DNA of 64,000 bases from an uncultured Candidatus Saccharibacteria bacterium (GTDB taxonomy: Bacteria; Patescibacteriota; Minisyncoccia; Phycocordibacterales; Zambryskibacteraceae). The stretch spans positions 44,917 through 108,916 of the forward strand of contig CAYHLZ010000001.1 of NCBI GenBank assembly GCA_964357635.1, read 5' to 3'. The notes under the pieces are model-generated. The model did no database searches. It was not told the DNA's origin and saw only the letters and a program-made list of their open reading frames with translations. Position numbers and translations under genes: made by a program. Shown one piece after another: positions 30,638-41,700 of this stretch; within the stretch, counting starts at the first letter, position 1; each line of letters begins with the position of its first letter.

Positions 30638-31066
30638 ATGAAGATAAACATAAAGGCGACGGGGATAGAGCTCACTCCCGCCATCTCAAGTTATGTGGAG
30701 AAAAAGATTTCAGCGATAGAAAAATTTATTGATAAAGCAACGAACGCCACAGCCCTAGTGGAGGTGGGGAAGAGCACACATCACCACAAGAGTGGAGATG
30801 TCTTCCGTGCCGAAGTGCATATTGTTGGTAACGGTCTTGATGTTTATGCCGCATCCGAAACAGGGGACCTGTATGCTGCGATAGACATGGTCAAGGATGA
30901 GGCAGTGCACAACATGTTACAATTGAAGGGTAAACGAGAGACTCTTGCCCGCAAAGGTGCGAGTGTGATGAAAAACATGATCAAGGGTTTCTCCGAGAAT
31001 ACAGCCAAGGGATTTTCTTGGGGCATGGAGCGATTAAAGTTTAAAAATTTTAAGAAAAGACAATGA
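30638..31066 (+). CDS. hpf: Ribosome hibernation promoting factor (RaiA/HPF family)
   Basis: MKINIKATGIELTPAISSYVEKKI...EVHIVGNGLDVYAASETGDLYAAIDMVKD matches YfiA/HPF fold. Confidence 0.8.
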   Translation: MKINIKATGIELTPAISSYVEKKISAIEKFIDKATNATALVEVGKSTHHHKSGDVFRAEVHIVGNGLDVYAASETGDLYAAIDMVKDEAVHNMLQLKGKRETLARKGASVMKNMIKGFSENTAKGFSWGMERLKFKNFKKRQ

Positions 31067-31193
31067 ATTATTTGAAACAAAAAGCGACACCATGGGTTTC
31101 CATCTCTGTTTTGGCTGGAGGATTGTTTACCGCCGTGGTTTTACTTTGGCTCGTTAGGATTGAAGCCGAGCTTCGGGTCACCATTACTAGTGT

Positions 31194-32522
31194 CTAGTTG
31201 CCTCGTAGGAAATCTTGCCAACCCATCTCTCGCTTACCAGCGGGGGTAACGCGGACTGGGACAAACTTACCATCTTTTATCTCGGCATCTTTGACTACTA
31301 ATCTAATTTCTTTCCCACTCTTGTTCCTGAAGAACATGTAGGCCGTTGGCCAAGTACTATACGCCAAGACTTTTCTCAAATTTTTCTCTGCAGATTCGTT
31401 TAGGTCAAGAAGTCCGTCTTCTTTTTTTATTAGTTTGGTAAAACTTACTTTCTTCTCATCCTGTGGTATCTCTTTCACTTCTCCCTCAATCCATTTTGGA
31501 AGTAGAACCCCGAGTATTCTACCGCCAGCACGAGCAAGCTTTTCTTCTACGACAGCATAGTGGTCTGGCCAAGGAGTTATTGGAACTCGTGCCTGCGCCA
31601 ATATTGGTCCGTGGTCCACTTTCTCATCCATTTTAATTATCGTTACCCCCGCTTCTTCTTCTGCAAGAATTGTTTCTTGAATAGGTGAGGCGCCCCGCAA
31701 CTTTGGCAGAAGTGAGGGGTGGACATTGAGCGCACCATATTTTGGAAGAGAGAGAATCTCTTTCGGCAAGATTTTACCGAATGATGCTACCACATAAACA
31801 TCTGCATCTAACTTTTTTAATTTATCTGGAGATGGAATATCTTTTATAGAACTTATATTAAGCACCGGAGAAAGACCAGCCACTTCAAGCTCCTCCAGAA
31901 CATATTTTGAAAATTGAGAACTACCGAAGAAGACAAACTTAACCACCGCTTTTAGCGGGGTCCCGCCAACGGCGGTGACCGCTTTCTTCGGTGGGACATC
32001 TTGGACATTTTCTGCATTATCAATGAAAAGAACGCCATTTAGATGGTCTATCTCGTGCTGGAAAATCTGTGCCAGAAGTTCTGATGCGCCTCGCTCAATA
32101 AGTTTCCCTGTTTCGTTGTAGGCTCTCAAAGTTACTTTATCAGCTCTTTTTACCTGCCCGTAGAGCCAACGTATTGAGAGACAGCCTTCTTCCAACTTCT
32201 CTTTTTTCCTAGAAGTTTTAATTATTTCTGGGTTGATAAATACCAAATCTTTCGTTGTCTGAGGCAGTTTTGGCACTGGTCCGACATTTAAGTTTCTTTT
32301 TTTTGTTAACATCAAAACATCGCCTCGGACGATAAAGAGTCTCAGACTCTCACCAATCTGTGGCGCAGCGAGCGCCACTCCGTCTTCTTCGGCATGGAGC
32401 GATGTGTGCATCTTCTCTAGAAGGCCTTTAATCTTTTTTCCACCAATTTCTTTTAGGGGCACACTCTTAGCCACCTTTCTCAATACAGGCGCATCTTTTT
32501 GTAATATTTCTGTTTTTGTCAT
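31194..32522 (-). CDS. Fused peptide deformylase / methionyl-tRNA formyltransferase
   Basis: N-terminal Def motifs GVALAAPQIG, EGCLSI, HEIDHLNG. C-terminal Fmt motifs VVASFGKILP, NVHPSLLPKLRG, GVTIIKMDEKVDHGPIL plus Fmt C-terminal domain. Confidence 0.8.
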   Translation of the reverse strand: MTKTEILQKDAPVLRKVAKSVPLKEIGGKKIKGLLEKMHTSLHAEEDGVALAAPQIGESLRLFIVRGDVLMLTKKRNLNVGPVPKLPQTTKDLVFINPEIIKTSRKKEKLEEGCLSIRWLYGQVKRADKVTLRAYNETGKLIERGASELLAQIFQHEIDHLNGVLFIDNAENVQDVPPKKAVTAVGGTPLKAVVKFVFFGSSQFSKYVLEELEVAGLSPVLNISSIKDIPSPDKLKKLDADVYVVASFGKILPKEILSLPKYGALNVHPSLLPKLRGASPIQETILAEEEAGVTIIKMDEKVDHGPILAQARVPITPWPDHYAVVEEKLARAGGRILGVLLPKWIEGEVKEIPQDEKKVSFTKLIKKEDGLLDLNESAEKNLRKVLAYSTWPTAYMFFRNKSGKEIRLVVKDAEIKDGKFVPVRVTPAGKREMGWQDFLRGN

Positions 32523-32776
32523 TTGACCTTAAGACTACCGAAGAAACAGCGTGAGAAATTTGCGCTTTGGGAACACTTCTTTAAAAGATATGCCATATCC
32601 TCAACCGAGAGGTGAGAAGTCTTTATGGCTATCACTTTTATAGGGAATTCCTTCATATCCGCCGCCCTTCTTTCTGCATTTATACGTGCATGGAACTCAT
32701 CAAGCATCTTTAGTCTTGGGTGCTTCAAAAGCTCCTTAAGATCATGACTTTTAAGAGCTTCACTAATAGATTTCAT
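32519..32776 (-). CDS. Hypothetical small protein
   Basis: 4-nt overlap with def-fmt start; no motif. Confidence 0.35.
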   Translation of the reverse strand: MKSISEALKSHDLKELLKHPRLKMLDEFHARINAERRAADMKEFPIKVIAIKTSHLSVEDMAYLLKKCSQSANFSRCFFGSLKVK

Positions 32777-32823
32777 GATTTATGGAACTATAGTATCATA
32801 AGTGCTCTCAATAGATTTTCCAT

Positions 32824-33825
32824 ATGGTAAAGAAACTCGGCATAGATCTTGGCACCACAAATATCCTAGTCTTCGTACCAGGTAAGGGTATTGTTTTGAA
32901 CGAACCATCAGTGGTGGCAGTTTCTGAAGATAACAAAATTTTAGCCATCGGCGCCGAGGCCAAAACAATGATTGGTCGCACTCCAGAAAGTATCATTGCT
33001 TACCGACCGATGAAGGACGGAGTCATCGCCGACTACCGCGTGACGGAGGCGATGCTTCGCTACTACATAGACAAGGCGCTTGGGCGTTGGAATTTTTTCA
33101 AACCAGACGTTTTAATCTCCGTGCCAGCAGGGGTCACTTCTACAGAAAGGCGCGCAGTAGTTGAGGCCGCGATAAAAGCTGGTGCCAAGAACGCCTATGT
33201 CGTTAAGGAACCAATCCTTGCTGCCATCGGTGCAGGTATTCCCATTCAAGAAGCAGCAGGACACATGATTGTGGATATCGGTGGCGGGACTACAGACGTA
33301 GCCGTCATCTCTCTTGGTGGTATTGTGGCCTCTACTTCTGTCAAAGTGGCTGGCAACAAGATGGACACTGCCATCACTGACTATATAAAGAAAAATTTTA
33401 ATTTAATAATTGGAGACAAAACAGCGGAGGATATAAAAATTGCCGTGGGCTCTGCTATTCCACTTGAAGAAGAAGTAGCGATCTCTGTGAAGGGAAGAGA
33501 CTCTCTTCTAGGACTCCCACGCACTATTGAAATTAAGACCAACGAAATAGTAAAAGCAATTTCTAAAGAACTGCGTGAGATGGTGCGAGCGGTCAAAGAA
33601 GTTCTTCAAGAGACCCCACCAGAACTTTCTTCTGACATCATAGACCGAGGCATTATCATGACCGGTGGTTCTTCGCAGTTACGCAATTTTCCTGAACTAA
33701 TGTTTCGTCGTACTGGGGTAAAAGCAGTTTTGGCCAAAGATGCCTACTTCTGCGTTGCCAAGGGTACAGGTGTGGCACTAGAACACTTGAATATGTATAA
33801 AAAGTCTATTATCGCCAAGAGATAA
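32824..33825 (+). CDS. mreB: Rod shape-determining protein MreB
   Basis: Actin-fold phosphate 1/2 LGIDLGTTNILVFV, MIVDIGGGTTDVAVI; adenosine motif GIIMTGGSSQL. Confidence 0.9.
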   Translation: MVKKLGIDLGTTNILVFVPGKGIVLNEPSVVAVSEDNKILAIGAEAKTMIGRTPESIIAYRPMKDGVIADYRVTEAMLRYYIDKALGRWNFFKPDVLISVPAGVTSTERRAVVEAAIKAGAKNAYVVKEPILAAIGAGIPIQEAAGHMIVDIGGGTTDVAVISLGGIVASTSVKVAGNKMDTAITDYIKKNFNLIIGDKTAEDIKIAVGSAIPLEEEVAISVKGRDSLLGLPRTIEIKTNEIVKAISKELREMVRAVKEVLQETPPELSSDIIDRGIIMTGGSSQLRNFPELMFRRTGVKAVLAKDAYFCVAKGTGVALEHLNMYKKSIIAKR

Positions 33826-33889
33826 GCCATTTTTTGAGACTCTTTTCACACTATTGACAAAAACTAGTAGTCTGCTATGCTTAATAGTG

Positions 33890-34090
33890 GGCTGTAAAGG
33901 AGGGTGATCCCGCACGGCGACTGCGTTAGAGCACCAAAATGCGCCTGATAAACAGGGGGTGTCCCACGAAAAGTCCGAGTTTCTTAAGACTCGGATTCGT
34001 TAACAAACGAACACGACCGCACCAGCACGCATTATCAAAGCGACGACAACGGGCCCGGGAGAGACTTCTAATCTCCCGGGCTTTTACTAT
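33890..34090 (+). ncRNA. Candidate structured ~200-nt RNA with own promoter and intrinsic terminator (family unassigned)
   Basis: TTGACA (33855-60) +16 nt + TATGCT; GC-rich body with several hairpins in an AT-rich genome; terminator CCCGGGAGA-loop-TCTCCCGGG+CTTTT at 34051..34090 just 20 nt before the tgt start. Confidence 0.35.
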
Positions 34091-34106
34091 TTATATGTTA
34101 ATCTAG

Positions 34107-35309
<1,203 letters not shown>

Positions 35310-35386
35310 AGGTTGCAAACTTTTTGTTCAGTTGATAATATGTTTTTTGGTTTGTAATTGTACCTGTTGAAAAAAAGGGAGAGGGT

Positions 35387-35758
35387 ATGCCTATCTATCG
35401 CAGGAAGAAGCCCGAGAAACAAAATGGGAACGAGATTGTTTCCAAGAGCGAGTGCACCTGGGGCATGATTGTCTGGGTGGGTACCGAAAACCAGACAGTG
35501 GAGCGTCTGGAGCGCGTCTGCACCGGCAATATGTTGGATAATAAGCCGGAACTGGTCACGATGGACGAATTCAGAATCCTCAGGAAACCGAATCTGAGGA
35601 ACAAGCGCCACGAGCGCCGCGAGCGTCGTAAGGGTCGCGAGCCTCGCGAACCCCTGTACTCGAGGACTGGCATTTTCGCAAGCAAGGTCCCCGAGGAGCA
35701 GCATTCTCCGGACGAAGTCACACCTTTTCCTCAGTCCGCCATGGGCGCCACAGCCTAA
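35387..35758 (+). CDS. Hypothetical basic protein in GC-rich islet
   Basis: 123-aa ORF with Arg/Lys-rich segment. Region 35.38-35.81 kb is markedly GC-rich and ends in a strong terminator. Confidence 0.35.
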   Translation: MPIYRRKKPEKQNGNEIVSKSECTWGMIVWVGTENQTVERLERVCTGNMLDNKPELVTMDEFRILRKPNLRNKRHERRERRKGREPREPLYSRTGIFASKVPEEQHSPDEVTPFPQSAMGATA

Positions 35759-35774
35759 ACGCCGGACTCGCCTT

Positions 35775-35808
35775 CGACCCGCACCACCAAGTGGTGCGGG
35801 TTTTTTCT
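35775..35808 (+). terminator. Rho-independent terminator (CCCGCACC-ACCAAGT-GGTGCGGG-TTTTTT)
   Basis: 8-bp perfect stem, 7-nt loop, 6 T. Confidence 0.7.
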
Positions 35809-35838
35809 TTATCATAATCCTGTTATATTGGTGTTTCC

Positions 35839-37857
35839 ATGAATTCTTTCAAAATAAGTAAAGAGTTTGAACCAGCTGGTGACCAACCCAAGGCGATAAA
35901 AGAACTCCTGGATGGTCTTAAGAAAGGTCTGCGTTACCAGACCCTTTTAGGTGTGACGGGCTCTGGTAAAACTTTTACCGCTGCCAATGTGATAGAGCAA
36001 ATTGGCAAACCAACTTTAGTAATTGCCCACAACAAAACTTTGGCGGCCCAGCTGGCGCAAGAGTATAGAGAATTTTTCCCCGACAATGCGGTGCACTACT
36101 TCGTTTCTTACTACGACTACTACCAGCCGGAAGCATACCTGCCAGTAACCGATACTTATATTGAGAAAGAAGCGATGATAAATGAGGAGATTGAACGCCT
36201 GCGCCACGCTTCTACTCAAGCACTCTTAACAAGAAAAGACGTTATCATTGTGGCATCCGTTTCTTGTATATACGGTCTAGGTGACCCAGAAGAATACGAG
36301 AAAGTTAATCTCAAAATTGAGAAGGGGCAAGCGATAACTCGTGCGGACTTCATCCGCTCTCTTATAGATATTCACTATTCTCGTACCAATTCTGATATAA
36401 AGCCTGGCAATTTCCGCGCGTTGGGAAATGTTGTAGAGATTATGCCAGTCTCTGAGCGTCTTATATATAGAATTGAGATTGATGGAAACAAAGTTTCTTC
36501 CATAAAGAGGATAGACGCAGTTTCTCGCGCAATAGTTTCAGAGCCCAAAGTCTTTTTTCTCTTTCCTGCCAAACACTTTATCACTGGGGATGAGGCCCAG
36601 AAGAAGGCGCTTGTAAGTATTAAGAGAGAACTTGAAGAACGCCTGAAAGAACTCAAAAAGTCTGGCAAAATGCTTGAAGCCGAGCGTCTCAAGCGTCGCA
36701 CTAGTTATGACTTGGCGCTTATCCGAGAGGTTGGTTATACCAACGGTATAGAAAATTATTCAAGACACCTCTCTGGCAAGAGTGCTGGCGAAGCACCTTT
36801 CACTCTTCTTGATTACTTTCCGAAGAAGCCCGATGGAACTCCAGATTTTTTGACAATTATAGATGAGTCACACGTCACCATCCCGCAGATAGGTGGTATG
36901 TACGCAGGAGACAAGTCTCGTAAAGACACTTTAGTTGAACATGGTTTCAGACTACCTTCTGCTCGTGACAACAGACCATTGAAATTTGATGAATTTGAAA
37001 AGAGGGTTGGTCAAGTTATTTTCACCTCTGCCACCCCATCAAGATTTGAGAAAGAACACGGAGAGAAAATTGTGGAACAAGTAATTAGGCCCACAGGTCT
37101 TATTGACCCAGAAGTCTCTGTTAAGCCAATTCAGCCCAAAGCCAAGTACAAGGGTCAGATTTATGACTTTATTGAAGAAGCAGAGAAAGCGATTGAAAAG
37201 GGTGGACGGGTTATTGCCACCACTCTAACCAAGAAAATGGCGGAGGACCTATCAGAATTTCTGAAAGAGAAGAAGATTAAGGCAGAATATCTTCACAGCG
37301 AGATAAAAACAATTGAGCGCATTGAGATCTTGACCTCATTTCGCCATGGTAAGTTTGACTGTCTAGTTGGGGTAAATCTTTTGAGAGAGGGTCTAGACTT
37401 GCCAGAAGTGACCTTAATAGGAATCTTGGATGCAGACAAAGAGGGGTTCCTGCGTTCTGAAACATCACTTATCCAGATTATCGGGAGGGCAGCAAGAAAT
37501 GTCTTCGGTAGAGTTATTCTCTATGCTGACACTATCACAGGCTCTATGGAGACAGCTATAAACGAGACCGCCAGACGTCGAAGCATCCAGGTTGCCTACA
37601 ACACCAAGCACGGCATTACACCGAAAACCATTATTAAGAAAATAAAAGATATTACCGATACCCTAGAACGAGAGCATAACAGCGCAGTGAATCTCCTGCT
37701 TGAAACGGACGAAAAAGTTTTTGCCAAGAGTCCGAAGAAGTTGATTAAAGAAAAGAAGAAAGAAATGGAAGAAGCAGTACGAATCTTGGACTTTGAAACA
37801 GCCGCGATTCTTCGCGACGAGATACTGCTTTTGGAAAAGAGGCTTGAGAAGAAATAA
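35839..37857 (+). CDS. uvrB: Excinuclease ABC subunit B
   Basis: Helicase motifs LLGVTGSGKTFT, DESHVT, C-terminal UVR domain ETAAILRDEILLLEKRL. Confidence 0.95.
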   Translation: MNSFKISKEFEPAGDQPKAIKELLDGLKKGLRYQTLLGVTGSGKTFTAANVIEQIGKPTLVIAHNKTLAAQLAQEYREFFPDNAVHYFVSYYDYYQPEAYLPVTDTYIEKEAMINEEIERLRHASTQALLTRKDVIIVASVSCIYGLGDPEEYEKVNLKIEKGQAITRADFIRSLIDIHYSRTNSDIKPGNFRALGNVVEIMPVSERLIYRIEIDGNKVSSIKRIDAVSRAIVSEPKVFFLFPAKHFITGDEAQKKALVSIKRELEERLKELKKSGKMLEAERLKRRTSYDLALIREVGYTNGIENYSRHLSGKSAGEAPFTLLDYFPKKPDGTPDFLTIIDESHVTIPQIGGMYAGDKSRKDTLVEHGFRLPSARDNRPLKFDEFEKRVGQVIFTSATPSRFEKEHGEKIVEQVIRPTGLIDPEVSVKPIQPKAKYKGQIYDFIEEAEKAIEKGGRVIATTLTKKMAEDLSEFLKEKKIKAEYLHSEIKTIERIEILTSFRHGKFDCLVGVNLLREGLDLPEVTLIGILDADKEGFLRSETSLIQIIGRAARNVFGRVILYADTITGSMETAINETARRRSIQVAYNTKHGITPKTIIKKIKDITDTLEREHNSAVNLLLETDEKVFAKSPKKLIKEKKKEMEEAVRILDFETAAILRDEILLLEKRLEKK

Positions 37858-37928
37858 ACAAACCACTGTGTTATACTCATCTTGTTCTATATACCCCCTA
37901 GGCGTCCGCCTCGGGGGGATAAGCTATT

Positions 37929-40490
37929 ATGAAAGATAAAAACAGCGAAAAAATTGTGGTGAAGGGTGCCCGTACCCACAATCTCAAAAACATTACTTTA
38001 GAGATGCCAAGGAATGCCATGGTGGTTTTCACCGGACTTTCTGGTTCTGGTAAGTCTTCGCTTGCCTTTGACACCATCTTTGCCGAGGGACAGAGGCGTT
38101 ACGTAGAAAGTCTTTCAAGTTACGCGCGACAGTTCTTGCGACAAATGCAGAAACCTGATGTTGACGAGATTACAGGTCTTTCTCCCGCTATCTCCATAGA
38201 CCAGAAAAGTCGTTCCAACAACCCACGCTCAACCGTCGCCACTATCACAGAGATTTATGATTACTTGCGTATTCTTTACGCCCGTATTGGCAGACCGCAT
38301 TGTCTAGTTTGTGGCAATGAGATAAAAAAGCTTTCCAACGAAGAGATAAAAACATTTGTGTTAGAAAAAATTACCGAAAAGACCGGCACTTCCAAACAGG
38401 TAGAAATTTTTTCCCCTATAGTGCGTGGTAGAAAGGGGGAGTACTACCAACTTCTCTACGATCTTCTAGGCAGGGGCTATAGCGAAGTGCTTGTGGACGG
38501 TGTTAGAAAGTCGCTTCGCGAAAGAGTTGTTTTAACCAAGACCCAGAAACATGAAATATCTGTCTTGGTAGACTCTATCGGTATCAATGAGTTTAAACTT
38601 GATGAAAAGAATGCTCTAGAGCGCCTGTCAGAAGCGATAGAAAAGGCGATTCTTGAGTCAGACGGACTCTTGGTGGCAAAGTTTAAGGATGAAGAATTCC
38701 TAATGTCTGCAAAATGGGCTTGTCCCAAGGACGGATTCTCGTTTCCAGAAATAGAGCCAAGACTTTTTTCCTTCAACTCTCCATATGGAGCATGCCCCAC
38801 TTGTAACGGTTTGGGTACCAAGTACCTTTTCGGTAGTGAACCGTGTGAGGATTGTCTCGGTAACCGTCTTCGTAAAGAAGCTCTCCATGTCTTGGTGGGG
38901 AACAAAAATATTGTTGAACTCACCGCGCTCTCTATAAAGGATGCTGATGAATTTTTCAAAAAACTGAAACTAACCTTGCGCGAAAAAAATGTCTCAAAAG
39001 TAGTGACAAAAGAAATTGAAACCAGACTCTCGTTTATGCTAGACATCGGTATTGAGTACTTAACTCTTGACCGTCGGGCCCATACTCTCTCGGGCGGGGA
39101 AGCGCAGAGAATCAGACTTGCAAGTCAGCTTGGCTCGGGACTCGTAGGCGCTCTCTATGTGCTAGACGAGCCGACCATTGGCCTACACTCCAGAGACAAT
39201 AATCGTCTTATAAAAACTCTTTTAAATCTTCGCGACCTTGGCAACACCATTATTGTCGTAGAACACGATGAAGAAACTATTTTTGCTTCTGACTATTTGG
39301 TTGATATTGGTCCGGGGGCAGGGGTGCATGGAGGTAAGGTGGTAGCTAGCGGGTATCTTGAGGATCTTCTTTTTGGTTCACCCCGCCACGGCGGGGCAGG
39401 GAAAAATGACAGCAAGTCCCTTACACTTTCATATCTTCGTGGTGAGAAAAAGATTGAAATACCGGAAGAACGCAGAGACAAGGAGAAGGGCAAAATCTCT
39501 ATTCGCGCGGGCAAAATTTTCAACATAAAGCATCTCAATGTAGACATTCCTCTTGGAAGGCTTATCGCAGTTACAGGTGTCTCGGGTTCTGGTAAATCTT
39601 CTTTTATCTATGAGATATTACACAAAAATCTTCAGGCAAGACTTGATAGGCGCTACAGGAATGCCCAAACTTATAACTGCCAATCTTTCAGCGGTTCTGA
39701 ATACTTGGGACGCGCTGTATTGATAGACCAGTCTCCCATTGGTCGCACCCCACGCTCAAACCCAGCAACTTATACTGGCGCCTTCACCTTCATTCGCGAA
39801 CTCTTTGCCGAAACTTCCGAGGCCAGGGCTCGTGGTTGGAAGGCCAATAGATTTTCTTTCAATGTTAAGGGTGGTAGGTGCGAGACTTGTCAGGGTAACG
39901 GTACTATAGAAGTGGAAATGCATTTCCTGCCCACTGTCTATGTTCCTTGTGATGTCTGTGGCAGTAAAAGATTTATGAAAGAGACTCTGGAGGTAAAATA
40001 TAAAAAGAAAAGTATTTTTGATGTGCTTGAGATGACTGTTGAGGAGGCACTCAAATTTTTTGAAGACATTCCGGCGATATATGACAGACTGAAGAGCATG
40101 AACGATGTTGGTTTGGGTTATCTTGCTTTGGGGCAGTCAGCCACCACGCTTTCTGGTGGAGAAGCACAGAGGGTTAAAATTGCTTCAGAACTCTATCGTC
40201 CGCACTTGGAGAAAACTATCTACCTCTTGGATGAGCCAACCATCGGGCTTCACTACGAAGATGTTAAAAAGTTGATTGAGATTCTCCAGAAATTGGTAGA
40301 CAAGGGTAACACGGTAGTGGTTATTGAACACAATCTAGATTTTGTAAAAAGTACCGACTATATCCTAGACATTGGTCCTGATGCAGGAGAGCGTGGTGGC
40401 GAGCTTGTCGCCAAAGGCACTCCAGAAGAGGTTGCCAACAGCGATACTCACACAGGCAAGTATCTCCGCAAAGTTCTGCGTAAGAAATAA
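37929..40490 (+). CDS. uvrA: Excinuclease ABC subunit A
   Basis: Two ABC ATPase modules ([12 protein letters not shown]; [12 protein letters not shown]), two LSGGEAQR signature motifs, zinc fingers. Confidence 0.95.
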   Translation: MKDKNSEKIVVKGARTHNLKNITLEMPRNAMVVFTGLSGSGKSSLAFDTIFAEGQRRYVESLSSYARQFLRQMQKPDVDEITGLSPAISIDQKSRSNNPRSTVATITEIYDYLRILYARIGRPHCLVCGNEIKKLSNEEIKTFVLEKITEKTGTSKQVEIFSPIVRGRKGEYYQLLYDLLGRGYSEVLVDGVRKSLRERVVLTKTQKHEISVLVDSIGINEFKLDEKNALERLSEAIEKAILESDGLLVAKFKDEEFLMSAKWACPKDGFSFPEIEPRLFSFNSPYGACPTCNGLGTKYLFGSEPCEDCLGNRLRKEALHVLVGNKNIVELTALSIKDADEFFKKLKLTLREKNVSKVVTKEIETRLSFMLDIGIEYLTLDRRAHTLSGGEAQRIRLASQLGSGLVGALYVLDEPTIGLHSRDNNRLIKTLLNLRDLGNTIIVVEHDEETIFASDYLVDIGPGAGVHGGKVVASGYLEDLLFGSPRHGGAGKNDSKSLTLSYLRGEKKIEIPEERRDKEKGKISIRAGKIFNIKHLNVDIPLGRLIAVTGVSGSGKSSFIYEILHKNLQARLDRRYRNAQTYNCQSFSGSEYLGRAVLIDQSPIGRTPRSNPATYTGAFTFIRELFAETSEARARGWKANRFSFNVKGGRCETCQGNGTIEVEMHFLPTVYVPCDVCGSKRFMKETLEVKYKKKSIFDVLEMTVEEALKFFEDIPAIYDRLKSMNDVGLGYLALGQSATTLSGGEAQRVKIASELYRPHLEKTIYLLDEPTIGLHYEDVKKLIEILQKLVDKGNTVVVIEHNLDFVKSTDYILDIGPDAGERGGELVAKGTPEEVANSDTHTGKYLRKVLRKK

Positions 40491-40491
40491 A

Positions 40492-41688
40492 ATGAAAAAA
40501 TCAGATTTAGGCAAATTTAATCTTCCAGAAAATCCTGGTGTTTATTTTTTCCGAGGTAAAAAAGGGAAAATTCTCTATATCGGCAAGGCAACCAGTCTCA
40601 AGGATAGGGTCAAAAGTTATTTTGCTCGCGACATCTTGATGACGAGAAGTCCTTTGATAGCCAAAATGCTTGAAGAGGCAGAGAAAATCACTTTTACCAA
40701 GACAGATTCAGTTATTGAGGCGCTACTTCTTGAGGCAGGTGAGATAAAGAAGCATCAACCACCATATAATTCTAAAGAAAAAGATGACAAGAGTTACAAC
40801 TATGTTGTTATTACCAAAGAAGCGTTTCCTCGGGTACTTCTCGAGCGAGGACGAAACCTAGAAGCAGATGACCGAAAATTTAAGGCCATCTTTGGTCCAT
40901 TTCCCCATGGCAGTGAATTGAAAGAAGCGTTAAAGATTGTCCGCAAACTTTTTCCATATAGAGATAAATGTAAAATCGGACAACCAAGGCCATGTTTCAA
41001 TGCACAAATCGGTCTCTGTCCCGGAGTCTGTAGCGGAAATATTTCAAAAACAGATTATGGAAAGATTATCCGCCACCTCATCTTGTTTTTTGACGGCAAG
41101 AAAAAGGCGCTTGTAAGCGCTCTTCGTCGTGAGATGAAAATACTTGCCAAGAGTCAGAAGTTTGAATCTGCGGAGATGGTTAAAAGGCAAATCTTTGCTT
41201 TAGAACACATTCAAGACATCGCACTTATAAAGAAAGGAATTTCTAGAGACCAAAATTCTTTCAGAATTGAAGCCTATGATGTCGCCCACACCTCAGGCAC
41301 TGATGTAGTTTCTGTAATGACCGTAGTGGAAGACGGTGAGCTTGCCAAAAATGAGTATAGGAAATTTAAAATCCACACGGATAAAAATGACGATGTGGCA
41401 AATCTTAAGGAGACACTTACGAGAAGGTTTAAACACTTGGAGTGGCGAAGGCCAAACCTCATAGTTGTTGATGGTGGAGCGGGGCAGATAAATGCTGCCA
41501 AGAGAATTATAAAATCTCTAGGGCACGATATCGCTGTTGCTTCAGTAGTTAAAGACGAGAGACACAGGGCTCGAGAGATTCTTGGGGAAAAAGAATACCA
41601 TAGAGAAATACTTCTAGCCAACTCGGAGGCGCATCGCTTCGCCATCGGCTACCACAGGCGTCTACGTGGAAAAAGCTTCAAAATATAA
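40492..41688 (+). CDS. uvrC: Excinuclease ABC subunit C (short form lacking C-terminal HhH)
   Basis: GIY-YIG PGVYFFRGKKGKILYIGKATSLKDRVKSYF, UVR-like segment, RNase H-like endonuclease region IEAYDVAHTSGTD. ~400 aa. Confidence 0.85.
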   Translation: MKKSDLGKFNLPENPGVYFFRGKKGKILYIGKATSLKDRVKSYFARDILMTRSPLIAKMLEEAEKITFTKTDSVIEALLLEAGEIKKHQPPYNSKEKDDKSYNYVVITKEAFPRVLLERGRNLEADDRKFKAIFGPFPHGSELKEALKIVRKLFPYRDKCKIGQPRPCFNAQIGLCPGVCSGNISKTDYGKIIRHLILFFDGKKKALVSALRREMKILAKSQKFESAEMVKRQIFALEHIQDIALIKKGISRDQNSFRIEAYDVAHTSGTDVVSVMTVVEDGELAKNEYRKFKIHTDKNDDVANLKETLTRRFKHLEWRRPNLIVVDGGAGQINAAKRIIKSLGHDIAVASVVKDERHRAREILGEKEYHREILLANSEAHRFAIGYHRRLRGKSFKI

Positions 41689-41700
41689 TATAATTCAGGC

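Noticed and set aside
33895-33945. Local resemblance of AGGGTGATCCCGCACGG...GCGTTAGAGCACCA to the RNase P RNA CR-II/III block (AGGGUGAAA.GGUGCGGUAAGAGCGCACCA)
   Set aside because: The putative CR-I-like GAAAAGTCCGAG lies downstream instead of upstream, and the intergenic space is too short for a full RNase P RNA; kept only as a generic ncRNA candidate.
38477-39547. Antisense ORFs within uvrA (38477..39046, 38700..38888, 39293..39547) and similar shadow ORFs inside uvrB, typA, tgt, mreB, the histidine kinase and the pilus genes
   Set aside because: Overlap confidently identified genes on the opposite strand; Ser/Arg/Leu-rich translations typical of antisense frames.
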